DNA of 64,000 nt from Octopus vulgaris (Eukaryota): positions 176,390,001 to 176,454,000 of the forward strand of contig OX597814.1 of NCBI GenBank assembly GCA_951406725.2. Direction: 5' to 3'. Every line of letters begins with the position of its first letter. Within the stretch, counting starts at the first letter, position 1. The translations under genes and the position numbers were made by a program. Below, piece after piece: positions 12,443-25,123 of the stretch. The notes beneath the pieces are model-generated. The model ran no database searches, was not told the origin of the DNA, and was given only the letters and a program-made list of their open reading frames with translations.

Positions 12443-14439
12443 AAGTTTCTTTATTGGCCACACAGGGCTGCACACAGATGGGACAAGTTACAAGGTAGAG
12501 CTTTTCTTTTGGGGGATGAAGAGAACAAAAAACAAAAGAAAAAAAGGGGGTGGCGTAGGTTTTCGATCAAGAGGGATCGTAAAAGGGAAGAAAAGAACAA
12601 AAACAAAACAAAAAAATTGAATAAAATAAAAAAAATAAAAAGAAAAGGAAAAGGAACAAAAGGAAAGAGAAATGAAAAAAGAAGAAAAAAGGGGAAAAAA
12701 GGGGAAGAGGAAAAAAAAAAAAAAAGAACGATCAATAGGAATCGTGTATCACAGTGTTATGATATATGGTGTAAAGGAGAAAGCAAGTAAGGTTTATCCG
12801 TGGGAAGAAAAGCCTACGAAAAAGACCACGGTAACCTTGGTCAATATTGTTATATGTTACCACATTTGTTTGCAAGTGGGTAACCCTCTGTTTTCAATTT
12901 CTGGGTTCATAGGATTATGCTCAAGGTGGCTTCGTCATTCATACGTGCCATCCTTGCTACATTCACCCATCTTTTTTTAAAACATTCGCTAGACAAAACT
13001 TGCCTCTCTACTCTCACTTTCCTTTTCAAGTGGTACTTGAAGAAGTTGATGAGAGATTGACCAGAGAGGAAAGTGTTTGTCTCCAATCCTTTCAGACGCG
13101 TCCACCAGATACATTCTTTCGCCATAGCCACAAGGATGATGAAAAAAGCTCTTCCTTCCCGTTTGAAGGAAGGAGGCGTGACAATATTGACGATAGACTC
13201 AGCTGATAAACCGACTCGCCCCACACGTGACAGCAGTTGTTCGACATAAGCCCACAGGTCGGAAATTGTTGGACACTGCACGATTGCGTGCAGAACGGTT
13301 TCGTCGCTCTGACCGCATCTCGGGCAGGTCGGCCCCGTGTTTCTCGAGCCGTGTCTGTAGAGCTTATCCCGAACGGGTAGCGCTTCTCGGTAGCACTGCC
13401 AGGCCAGGGATCTCTGGAAGTTGTCCATGGGCCCTGGCCCGAAAGTCGTCCTGAACAGGCGGGTCAGGTACTCCTCGTCGACGTCCAGGTTCGCCCCGAG
13501 CTCGTCGTCGTACCTCCCCTCCACTAATCCCCTATAGAATGCTTTGGTTGTGTTGAAGTCACTCAAGGTCGACCCGGGACGGCAGAGTTGCTTGAGAGCA
13601 ACGCGACACTCGCGGTGCCAATCGCCCTTCCTCGGCCTCTTTTTGATCCACGACTGCAGTTCGGTCATGGAGACGAGCTGCGGGAAAGCGTGCCTCACAA
13701 ACGGCGACCACACCTGTCACCGCTTCGTAGTTTTTCAGTGTCTCGCCGACCTGCTCGATGTGCTCGTGGCTAGACACTATGACGGTGACGTCGTCCGCGT
13801 ATGCAGACACGCTCGTCCCGCATCCCAGTTCTCGCGGGATGCCCCTCAAAGTTGCCAGCTTCCGCAATAATGGCTCGAGAGTCAATACGTATAGAAGCGA
13901 CGAGAGGGGGCATCCCTGACGGACCGAATGTGCGATGTCGAAGGGTCTCGATAGATGTCCATTCACGCGAATTACCGAACGGATGCCTCTGTACAAAGCG
14001 GCTATCCAGCCGCGGAAGACGGGACCGAAGCCTGCCGCTCTGAGGACCGCCTCCAAGTATCGATGGTCTACCCTATCGAAAGCTTTCGATTGATCCAAAT
14101 TGATCAGCGCCCCAACCATGCCAGGTTCGTTAACTACCCTGTCTATGATGTAGCGCATCAGGTGGAGGTTGTCATGGATGGTCCGGCCCGGCACGGCGCA
14201 TGTTTGCGCCCTGTCGACCAGTTTCTCGATGACAAGCGCCAACCTCTTGGCTAGCACCTTGGCCAAAATTTTAAAGTCTGCATTAAGCAGAGTGATGGGC
14301 CTAAAGTTATCTATTACATTTCCCTTGTTTAGATCTTTCTTCAGCAGTGTTACGGCTCCTCGGCTCACAAAACCAGGAATGCTCCCGTTTTGCTGCCAGT
14401 TGCAGTACACCGCCGCCAAGAGATCTCCAAACAAGTCTG

Positions 14440-14440
<1 letters not shown>
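12443..14440 (-). mobile_element. 5'-truncated Tx1/L1-clade LINE (RT + C-terminal zinc motif + 3' UTR) embedded in (GATA)n
   Basis: ORF 13559-14434 has [30 protein letters not shown] and YADD; ORF 12907-13713 has CPRCG..ETVLHAIVQC. The 3' UTR ends AATAAAgaaactt directly into (ATCT)n. GC-rich relative to flanks. Confidence 0.9.
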
Positions 14441-14510
<70 letters not shown>

Positions 14511-14551
14511 CAGACAGGCAGACAGGCAGACAGACAGACAGGCAGACTGAC

Positions 14552-14647
<96 letters not shown>

Positions 14648-14651
14648 TGAC

Positions 14652-14698
<47 letters not shown>

Positions 14699-14715
14699 CA
14701 GACAAACAGACAGAC

Positions 14716-14765
<50 letters not shown>

Positions 14766-14786
14766 GTAGGTAGGTAGGTAGGTAGG

Positions 14787-14871
<85 letters not shown>
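14441..14871. repeat. (GATA/GACA/GGTA)n microsatellite
   Basis: Tetranucleotide array; counterpart of the array at 12327-12442 on the other side of the LINE. Confidence 0.97.
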
Positions 14872-14936
14872 CCTTTGAAAGAAATTGCTTATAACAACAT
14901 AGGAAGAAACATTAGGAATCGCCATTCTCTCTATCT

Positions 14937-14991
<55 letters not shown>

Positions 14992-15092
14992 TTTCATTAT
15001 ATAATGACACGCATATACACGTACATACAGTTAAAGTCTTATGAATATGACAGCAGTATTGTCTGTGTGTCTGTCTCTCAGTATGTATGAAT

Positions 15093-15540
15093 GTACAGGC
15101 TGTTCAGACTAAATCTGGCAATTTGTATAAAAGGAAAAATAAACACATCCCGTCCAAAAATAAAAGTAGTTTCAAAAAGACCAAAATATATTAAGTAAAT
15201 TATGGCTGGGAGATAGCAGTTTACTCAGAGTAGCCGCCCTCACCTTCCACTATGGCTTCAAGACAGTTCCGGAATGGCGCATGCGTTCCTCAGTGTCCCT
15301 GGAAAGATCCTCCAACACTTCCTTGATCATCGCCAGCAGTTCGGTCTTGGTGTTGCAGGTAGAGTGGTTGGTGTCTTTCACAACCGCGCCCCACACATAG
15401 TAATCCGTGGCATTACCATCGAGGGGATTAGGTGACCAGAAATTGGGGCTGGTTAAGTCATAGAAATTCCCCCAAAACCAGTTCTTTCTGGAGATATAAC
15501 AAAGAACCGAATCCTGCTGTCATACATATTTGCCTTCTGT
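15093..15540 (-). mobile_element. DD37D/maT-type transposon 3' fragment
   Basis: Reverse strand reads FYDLTSPNFWSPNP..DYYVWGAV..TCNTKTELLAMIKEV..LEAIVEGEGGYSE*; TIR-like tacaggctgttc end. Confidence 0.75.
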
Positions 15541-15549
15541 CAGCACGCC

Positions 15550-16300
15550 AGGCGGCGAGCTGGCAGAAACGTTAGCACGCCAGGCGAAATGCGTAGCCGT
15601 ATTTCGTCTGCCGTTACGTTCTGAGTTCAAATTCCGCCGAGATCGACTTTGCCTTCATCCTTTCGGGGTCGATAAATTAAGTACCAGTTACGCACTGGAG
15701 TCGATATAATCGACTTAATCCGTCTTTCTGTCCTTGTTTGTCTCCTCTGTGTTTAGCCCCTAGTGGGTAGTAAAGAAATTGGTATTTCGTCTGTCGCTAC
15801 GTTCTGAGTTCAAATTCCGCCGAGGTCGATTTTTGCCTTTCATCCTTTCGGAGTCGATTAAATAAGTACCAGTTACGCACTGGCGTCGATATAATCGACT
15901 TAATCCGTTTGTCCTCTCTGTGTTTAGCTCCTTGTGAATAGTAAAGAAATAGGTATTTCGTCTGCCGTTACGTTCTGAGTTCACATTCCGCCTTGGTCGA
16001 CTTTGCCCTTCATCCTTTCGGGGCCGATTAAATAAGTACCAGTTACGCACTGGGGTCAATATAATCGATTTAATCCATTTGTCTGTCCTTGTTTATCTTC
16101 TCTGTGTTTAGCCCCTTGTGGGTAGTAAAGAAAAAGGTATTTCACCCATCGCTACGTTCTGAGTTCAAATTCCGCACTGGTAGACTTTGTTTTCAATTAC
16201 TTCCTTGAGTTATAAATTAAGTACCAGTTGAGTACTGGGGGCGATGTAATCGACTATCCTCTTCCTCCAAATTTCAGGCCTTGTGTCTTTAGTAGAAAGG
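15550..16300 (+). mobile_element. SINE family B tetramer
   Basis: Head followed by restarts at ggtatttc (15781, 15952, 16136); the last unit has tail 2. Confidence 0.85.
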
Positions 16301-16339
16301 ATTGTTGTTGTTGTTGTTGTTGCTGTTGTTTTACTTCTC

Positions 16340-16830
16340 AGAGTACTCGATCTTGTTTGCTCAGGTAGATTCTGTGAGCGCACACAACGACCTGTTGTCA
16401 GAGGTCTCACAGGGTCTCTTTCCGCACATTATAATCTTCGATAATTTGTTAATTATCATGGGAGACATTTCCTTATCTACCATAACAATGTCTGGTCTCC
16501 GAGCATCGATTAGGGAGTCGCACTGGATTGTAAAATCCCACAGTATCTTATATTGATTGTTCTCGGTGATTCCTTCTGGTTCATGTTCGTACCATTTCCA
16601 TGCTCTGTCCAGGCCGTTCTTTTCACAAAGTTTCCAGTGAACAAACTTAGCCACGTTATCGTTTTGTAGCGCTTTTGGGCCAGCTTGCTGAACTCACTAT
16701 ATGTGAGGTTGTTTCGCTTTGCTACACTCGCTCACAATATGTGAGATTGTTTCGCTTTGCTACACTCGCTCACAATATGTGAGATTGTTTCGCTTTGCTA
16801 CACTCGCTCACAATATGTGAGATTGCTTCG
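16340..16830 (-). mobile_element. R4/Dong-type LINE C-terminal fragment
   Basis: VHWKLCEK..WYEHEPE..ILWDFTIQCD..ARRPDIVMVD (restriction-like endonuclease region); abuts (TAA)n. Confidence 0.8.
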
Positions 16831-16832
16831 TT

Positions 16833-16843
16833 TATCATTATAA

Positions 16844-16930
<87 letters not shown>

Positions 16931-16936
16931 GCATCA

Positions 16937-16994
<58 letters not shown>

Positions 16995-17017
16995 TATTAT
17001 CATTATCATTATTATTA

Positions 17018-17054
<37 letters not shown>

Positions 17055-17074
17055 CATCATCATCATCATCATCA

Positions 17075-17111
<37 letters not shown>

Positions 17112-17158
17112 TATTATCATTATCATTATTATTATCATTATTATTATTATTATCATCA

Positions 17159-17243
<85 letters not shown>

Positions 17244-17379
17244 CATTATTATTATTAGAGTGCGACTGTTATCAAATGAACAATATTTCGACATCTACTG
17301 GAGGAGTAACATCAATCCTATAAATATTATTATTATTATTGTTGTTATTATTATTGTTGTTACTATTATTATTATTGTT

Positions 17380-17437
<58 letters not shown>

Positions 17438-17476
17438 CCATCATCATCACCATCATCATTATTATTATTATTATTA
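16833..17476. repeat. (ATT/ATC)n trinucleotide microsatellite
   Basis: About 640 bp array with a short interruption; source of poly-I and poly-M pseudo-ORFs. Confidence 0.97.
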
Positions 17477-17499
17477 TACACACAGCAGATTAGACTATT

Positions 17500-18420
17500 G
17501 GAAAAGAAAAAATCCTAACATCGGGTACAGGTAACCTTAGATACCAAGAACCCTCGCAGGTATCCTATCTGTCCCTAATAACACTGTTTTCTGGAGCTGT
17601 ACTAAACTGGGTTTTATGTCTTATTTCCCCTAACCATCTGTTCAAATCTTTGGGGATAGTTCCCAGTGCACCTATAATGACTGGGATATATTTTACCCGC
17701 ATTTTCCATAGCCTCTGTAATTCAATGGCTATGTCCTGGTGCTTTGCTATTTCTTATATACCTCTCATACTGATTTTTTCATCATTTGGGATTGTAAAGT
17801 CAATTATCTGGCACTTTCCATTCTTTTTATCTACCACTACTAAATCAGGCCTTCTAGCTTCTATTACTCTGTCAGAGTGAATATTAAAGTCCCACATTTT
17901 GTATTTCTTACTTTCTAGTATTTTACTAGGTTCATGTTCACACCATTTATCAATATGTTCAAATCCTAGCTTTCTACATAGCTCCCAGTGGATTACTCCC
18001 CCTTGTATTCTTTCTGTGCCAGCATACTACATTCACTTACTATAAGGGTAACGTTTTCCTCTTTTGATTAGAATAGTCTACATTGGGAATTTGATTGGCT
18101 TTTGTTTATCTTGGTTTTTATCCAATTAGTCTTAAATGCCTGATTTTATGCTGATGCTAACAAACTTTCCGTCTCCTCTCTCTCTCAGCTTTCCTTTCTG
18201 TAACCATAACAATATCTCACTACGACTATTTGCTGCAACTATCTTTAGGATTCTACCATGCAACGCCTTCTCCTGCCAATCAAATAATTTTTGTTCTTTT
18301 TCTGGTTTTTAACTTCGGTTGGGTTTTTGGTTTCCTATGTCTTGCCGTGACTCTAGCAGCTTTTAATAAACTTTCTTCACTATTACCTACAGAGAAGTCT
18401 ATAGCTACAGTATTTAAATA
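17500..18420 (-). mobile_element. Degraded R4/Dong-type LINE 3' fragment (different subfamily)
   Basis: Reverse strand gives IHWELCRK..EHEP..WDFNIHSDRVIEARRPDLVVVDK..IIDFTIP; its 3' end lies beside (TAA)n. Confidence 0.75.
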
Positions 18421-20023
18421 GTTGAAACTCCGATAAGATCTGGTTTACTGCTGATGAATATGCTGATATTGGCAGCTTAGTACTTCGCTTTTGATATCTT
18501 ATTTGCATCTCTTGAAAGACCTTTGGAAAGATACAAGAATATATTGAAATATTTGTTCTATTTCAATGCATCATTTGGTTACTAAAAGCAATATCTATTT
18601 TACATCTGCACATTATCAATTACTTCCTTGAGTTATAATCTACTCAATCCGTAAATGAGATTTAAAATTAATGTGTGTGTGTGTGTGTGTGTGTGTGCAT
18701 GAATGTATGTGTGTGTGTGCGCGTGCGTGTGTGTGTTGGTGTAGTACAAAACTATTTGGAGCATTGTTAAATAGAATTATATAATTTTTGAAAAAGCCAT
18801 AACAATGCAAATCAGAAATAAATGAGTGAATGCAAAAATAAAATGTCACAAAAATTTGCGGTTTGCATGAGTTTTCGAAATAAATATGGGAAATAAGTAA
18901 TTATGAGGAAAAGTGTAAAGAATATTGTTTTAGCTTTCGTTCTTTATTTTTAACTTGCATTGATCTGGCTTTTTCAATCACTTCTTATTCTACTTCATAA
19001 TGCTTCGAATAAATTACATTATTCTAAAATATTTAATTGAATTTAGCTTCTTTCTCTCACACACACATTCTTTCTCACTCTTTGTCTCTCTTTGTCTCTT
19101 TCTCTCTCTCTCTTTCGCTCTCTCTCTCTCTCACCACTCACGAAATGTCAGATACTTCTTCCCAAGACAGACAAACTTCTCCAAGTTCAATAATTCCAAC
19201 ATAATGTGTATAAGTGTGTGTGCGTGTATGTGTGTAAATACACGCGTATATACAATATATATGCAAGTGTGTATACATTTTTGCATACATATTTGCATGA
19301 ATAAATGCAAATTTACATGTAATTTATGTAAACTCACAAAATAAACTAAGCAAGTAATAGTATATATATTAAAATATAGTATATATTTACTGGGACGCAA
19401 TTTGTCTTTCTGAAAACTGACTGCATTATTAAAAGTACAACCAGAGCTGTTGTCTACCAGAAATAAATAAAACAAACTTGAATTTACCAATATAATGTAC
19501 AATCACAACAACAACAGCACCAACATAAAATATGAAGTATAAAATTTTCTTCAAACTTCACCGAATTTAAATTTACGACCAGATGATTTTGTTTTCTTAC
19601 TTATCATGCGTCATTTGGCTAGAAGACATGTGCCCAAGGTGCTACGCAGTGGGACTGAACCCGGAACCATGTGGTTGGTAAGCAAGCGACTACCACGCAG
19701 CCATTCCTGCGCATATATATAATAGATCAGGACTCGAGTGAATCAGGCACTTAAATAGTAAAGCACCAGGTGGGGTCGAAAAGTAAAATATGTACACAAC
19801 AAAATAAGAGGAAAACATACGCGAATACCGAAGTACAAACAGAAAGATATTCAGGTTATGTACACGATTAACTGTACCCGACTGAGAATATCATGAGCCC
19901 TGCGGCTCATCAGGAAACGCACATTGTACTAAATGTACGGTCCATAATATACTTCGGATCTTCGCAAGGAGCAAGTTCCGAGTGAGGTGAATAGTAAATA
20001 ATAAATAACAACAGATGGATAAT

Positions 20024-20277
20024 TGTTTCTTGTTTCTTTATTACCCACAAGGGGCTAAACATAGAGGGGACAAACAAGGACAAACAAACGGATTAAGTCG
20101 ATTACATCGACCCCAGTGCAAAACTGGTACTTAATTTATCGACCCCGAAAGGATGAAAGGCAAAGTCGACCTCGGCGGAATTTGAACCCAGAACGTAACG
20201 GCAGACGAAATACCGCTAAGCATTTCGCCCGGCGTGCTAACGTTTCTGCCAGCTAACTTTTCTGCCAGATCGTCGCC
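20024..20277 (-). mobile_element. SINE family B monomer
   Basis: Full head, core and tail; TSD CAACAGATGGATAAT (about 20009-20023 and 20277-20291). Confidence 0.85.
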
Positions 20278-20677
20278 AACAGATGGATAATGTTTCGATC
20301 CACTACAGCTGTTTCCAACGACTTTTTAATTGATTACTGGAGACATTACATCGTTAGAAAAACCCTTTTTTATCAGGTGATTACATGAATCGCAACATTC
20401 AAAATCATTCAAAAGCCAACAGCATGTACACTTTCATAATTTGATGACCTTTGCCTAGACTTTTTCTGGTGATGTAATGATTCCATTAATCAATAAAAAA
20501 AACTCGTTGGAAACAGCTGTAGTGGATTGACACATTAGCCATCTGTTGTTCTTAATACACACACACACACACACATATTAATCGAAGTGCACACGTACTC
20601 TGTTGACAAATATACGATTGCATATTTTTAAATTCTTAGACTGTTATAGCAATGTTTGTGTGTGTTGTGTGTGTGTT

Positions 20678-20717
<40 letters not shown>

Positions 20718-20866
20718 TGTGTGTGTAAAGAGATAGATATACACACACATATGTGTATGTATGCATCTATGAATATGCGTGTGTGTATAAATGTATACAT
20801 GTATGTGTGTCTGTATACACATACGTACATACATAGGTGTGTGTATTGTGTGTGTGTGTGTCTGTG

Positions 20867-20901
<35 letters not shown>

Positions 20902-21565
20902 CTGTGTCTGTGTCTGTGTGTCTGTGTGTGTGCAATGGTATCACTGTGAGGATTTGTCTGAGTAAGCAGATATGTTCAGCACTTCAGAATTAAATGCTAA
21001 GCAAAGTCAATCGTCCAGTCACTTTGTCTGAAATTATTTTCTAACTGTTAGTTTCGAAGCCAATTTATTATGCTATAGTAATCTGCCTAATAGGATTAAC
21101 TTACATTTATGTATATTTTGGACACAAAACTAACCAAGGCGAAGAAAAAGGTGGGATTAATCTAAAAATATATTTACGACAGCCTGAAAATTAGTCTTCC
21201 TTGCCTAGAATAATTGATACGCGAGATTTTGAGAACGAGGAAGGAAGTTACCGTACCTTCATCTCGGCAAACTATTTCAAACGACCAGACTTGATAATGA
21301 TATCACATAACAAACTTCTTGTTAAAGCTTCTTGACAATTAAACAGTTACATCTCACCACCAATTCGTAAAAATGCTGCAGCTTCGTCAAATGCCCCAAA
21401 ATTAAGCGTTAATATCTTATGACAGAATACTAAATTTTCAGTATGAGTAAATTAGCTAATAAGCATCACAAAGTGGAACAACCTAATGGCGTAAGCGGTT
21501 GATATTTCTGTACCGTTAGCAAGCAATTCCTCAGCGTGTAGTCTTATGGTACTGATTTCAAATAA

Positions 21566-22112
21566 AAGGTGGCGAGCTGGCAGAATCGTTAGCATGTCGG
21601 GCGAAATGCGTAGCCGTATTTCGTCTGCCGTTACCTTCTGAGTTCAAATTCCGCCGAGGTCGACTTTGCCTTTCATCCTTTCGGGGTCGATAAAATAAGT
21701 ACCAGTTACGCAGTGGGTCAAATGAATCAACTTAATCCGTTTGTCTGTCCTTGTTTGTCCCCTCTGTGTTTAGCCTCTTGTGAGTAGTAAAGAAATAGGT
21801 ATTTCGTCTGCCGTTACGTTCTGAGTTCAAATTCCGCCGAGGTCGACTTTGCCGTTCATCCTTTCGGGGTCGATAAATTAAGTACCAGTTACGCAGTGGG
21901 TCGAATGAATCGACTTAATCCGTTTGTCTGTCCTTGTTTGTCCCCTCTGTGTTTAGCCTCTTGTGAGTAGTAAAGAAATAGGTATTTCGTCTGCCGTTAC
22001 GTTCTGAGTTCAAATTCCGCCGAGGTCGACTTTGCCTTTCATCCTTTTGGGGTCGATTAAATAAATACCAGTTACGCAGTGGGTCGATATACTTGTGGGT
22101 AGTAAAGAAATA
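21566..22112 (+). mobile_element. SINE family B trimer inside one TSD
   Basis: Units restart at 21798 and 21981 (183-bp period); 14-bp TSD GGTACTGATTTCAA at 21548-21561 and 22113-22126. Confidence 0.88.
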
Positions 22113-22349
22113 GGTACTGATTTCAAGTCTTGCAATGATACTGTCATTGTAGCTATTGTTTATTCCATGTAATCTTTGACCAATGGAAGGCGGTGAGCTG
22201 GCAGGATCGTTACTTTCGAGGTCGCTAAAATAAGTACCAGTTGAGCACTCGGGTTGATATAATCGACTTAACTCCGCCTCCGAAATTGGTGGCCTTGTAC
22301 CAAAATTTTAAACTAATCTTTGACCAAGAGTATTCCAGCTGTGCTAACT

Positions 22350-22398
<49 letters not shown>

Positions 22399-23002
22399 AT
22401 GCAAAGTATAACAAAATCTCAAGCTACAGTATAGCTGAATGGTTAAATCGTTCGCTTTACATCCTCGAGATCCCGGGTTCGATCCCACCTTGTAGCAACT
22501 TGAGCAAATTTCATTTCTTTATAGCTTTGGATCAATCCATTTTTGATCCAAAGGTATAAAAGTAAAATTGGGTAGACAAAAACTACAGAAGCCAGCGAGG
22601 TGAACTGCCTTTGTAATTTAAACGACCCGACGTTGTCACTCACAGTATCGCGCAGATTTTTGCCTAAGGATTACGTTGGGGGCACAGGTGTCAGTAGAAT
22701 TATCACCCATTTACACGATAAACCAGAAATAAATAATTCATTTGATCGAACAACTTAATTCCTCATCGTCGAACGACGGAAATCAACCATAATTAGGACC
22801 ACGTAATCCAAAACCTTCTACCCTCTTTTTTTTTTTGTCTTTAAGACATAAGGTAACAATAAAAGAGGAATTTGACTGCTGGTGAGCCCATTCAAATAAC
22901 TATAATACACTCTCCTATCCCTTGTCATGGTGGTAATCTCTCGTAGTTCGACAAAGACGGTTCTACAATTTCTGAACAAATGATTTGTTTATATTTATTT
23001 AT

Positions 23003-23167
23003 GGCGTAGGAGTGGCTGTGTGGTAAGTAACTTGCTTACCAACCACATGGTTCCGAGTTCAGTCCCACTGCGTGGCACCTTGGGCAAGTGCCTTCTATTA
23101 TAGCCTCGGGCCGACCAAAGCCTTGTGAGTGGATTTGGTAGGCGGAAACTGAAAGAAACCCGTCGTA

Positions 23168-23240
<73 letters not shown>

Positions 23241-23480
23241 GTGTGTGTATGTGTTTGTGTGTCTGTGTTTGTGTGTCTGTGTTTGTCTCCCCCAACATCG
23301 CTTGACAACTGATGCTGGTGTGTTTACGTCCCCATAACTTAGCGGTTCGGCAAAAGAGACCGAGGGAACAAGTACTAGGCTTACGAAGAATAAGTCCTGG
23401 GGTCGATTTGCTCGACTAAAGGCGGTGCTCCAGCATGGCCACAGTCAAATGGCTGAAACAAGTAAAAGAGTAAAAGAGTG
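23003..23480 (+). mobile_element. tRNA-derived SINE family C with internal (TA)n(TG)n
   Basis: ggcgtaggagtggctgtgtggtaag head, B-box-like gttcagtccc, CORE-like ccttgggcaagtg, tail gtaaaagag repeats; many other copies in the window. Confidence 0.85.
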
Positions 23481-24856
23481 ATCAAATGTATGTGTCGTAC
23501 ATTAGTTCGCTCGCTTCATCAAATCGATGGTGCCTGAACAGGCAGTACGGTGTACTGCACGCCTGGCGTTGAAATGATTGCAGATCAACGTGGGATGAAG
23601 TGTTTTGCTCAAGAACACAACGGACCAGCTGATCTAGAAATTGAAGCTACGATCTCGCGATCGTAAGAGCAACACCGAAACCGTTTGTTCAAGCGTCCTC
23701 GCATCTCTAGTCACACAATATGTAAAAAAATCAATATTTAACGGCCAACAAAATGCTAATTTGATATTAGTTTCTATTTAATCAAATTCCTTTTGATTTC
23801 GATAGAGAATATTTAGTTGTTCAATCAAGGGAACAATGAAGAAAACTACCTGATCATTTGATTAGCATGTAAGCCAGTAACTAATCATACAGACGAGTGT
23901 ACCGTTAATATAATGCTCAGGTGGAAGCTGCATGATGCAGTGTGACAGTGTTGCTGTCTTTTAAAACAAATTACGGATACAATCAAGCCAACGGGTTTTC
24001 CTACTTGCTGAAGGTGTCATGTAGTGAGATTGAATCTAGGATCTCCTGAGTGCAAAGCAATTTTCATGAATATTCAGTCATATGATGTATTAATGTCGAC
24101 AATTGAAGAGTTACTGAGATCAGTTAGTTAAAAAAAGACTGCATATTTCGAGGTAGGAATTGATTTTATTATAGCCATAAAGGCCAAACAGAGGGGACTG
24201 CCATCAGTTAGCTTCTGCACATGCATTGAGCAGACGGAAGGAAGTTGAGACAGAAAATAATTTTTTTTTATATATGACAAGATACACACACACACGCGCG
24301 CGCACACAAAACATGTCGAATTCGATGGGAAAGGCCATCGTAAATGTGCAGAAATGCATATCAAGTATGCATGTGTGGTGCACGCATGTGAGTGGTGTAC
24401 GCATGTGTGTATAAGTATATAATCTTTTCCGGCAGACCACTCATTAGAATGGTTTTGACAAAAACATTAAAACATTCATCCTGAACACTGACACGAAATT
24501 ATAATGTTTCTTTTTGGAATAATAAATAAATAAATAAATGAATCAATAAATAAATAAATGAGTAAATAAATAAATAAAACAACGACATCGATAACAACAC
24601 CAACAAAAACTATTACGAAATGAAAAGAAAACTAATTAACGTGAGATTTAAGTCGGAATTTGTCCGATATAATGAGACGTTTTAGTAAAAATGTGTCATA
24701 GCATTTTGATTGATCAGCTTTAGAGACATCTGATATAATAATCTGTAGAGGAAGATATACAAGGAGATGCACTGTAATGAAGGAAAAGAGTAAAAGAATG
24801 ATCATTTTAATTTTTCCATAAATAATGAACGAGAAAGATTGAAAGAAGGAAAAAAT

Positions 24857-24885
24857 TGATAGATGGATGGATGGATGGATGGATG

Positions 24886-24950
<65 letters not shown>

Positions 24951-24964
24951 GTAGAGAGAGAGAG

Positions 24965-25028
<64 letters not shown>

Positions 25029-25068
25029 GGATAGATAGATGGACAGATGGATAGATAGATAGATGGAC

Positions 25069-25122
<54 letters not shown>
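24857..25122. repeat. (GATA/GATG)n microsatellite
   Basis: Tetranucleotide array. Confidence 0.95.

Positions 25123-25123
<1 letters not shown>

Noticed and set aside
12509-12790. Lys-rich 93-aa ORF
   Set aside because: Antisense of the T-rich 3' UTR of the Tx1-type LINE
16711-16824. CRISPR-length 38-bp direct repeats
   Set aside because: No spacers, and the unit is LINE coding sequence
16770-17493. Poly-Ile and poly-Met ORFs up to 232 aa
   Set aside because: Translations of (ATT/ATC)n microsatellite
21798-21980. Hammerhead retrozyme explanation for SINE B multimers
   Set aside because: No CTGANGA..GAAA core found on either strand of the unit
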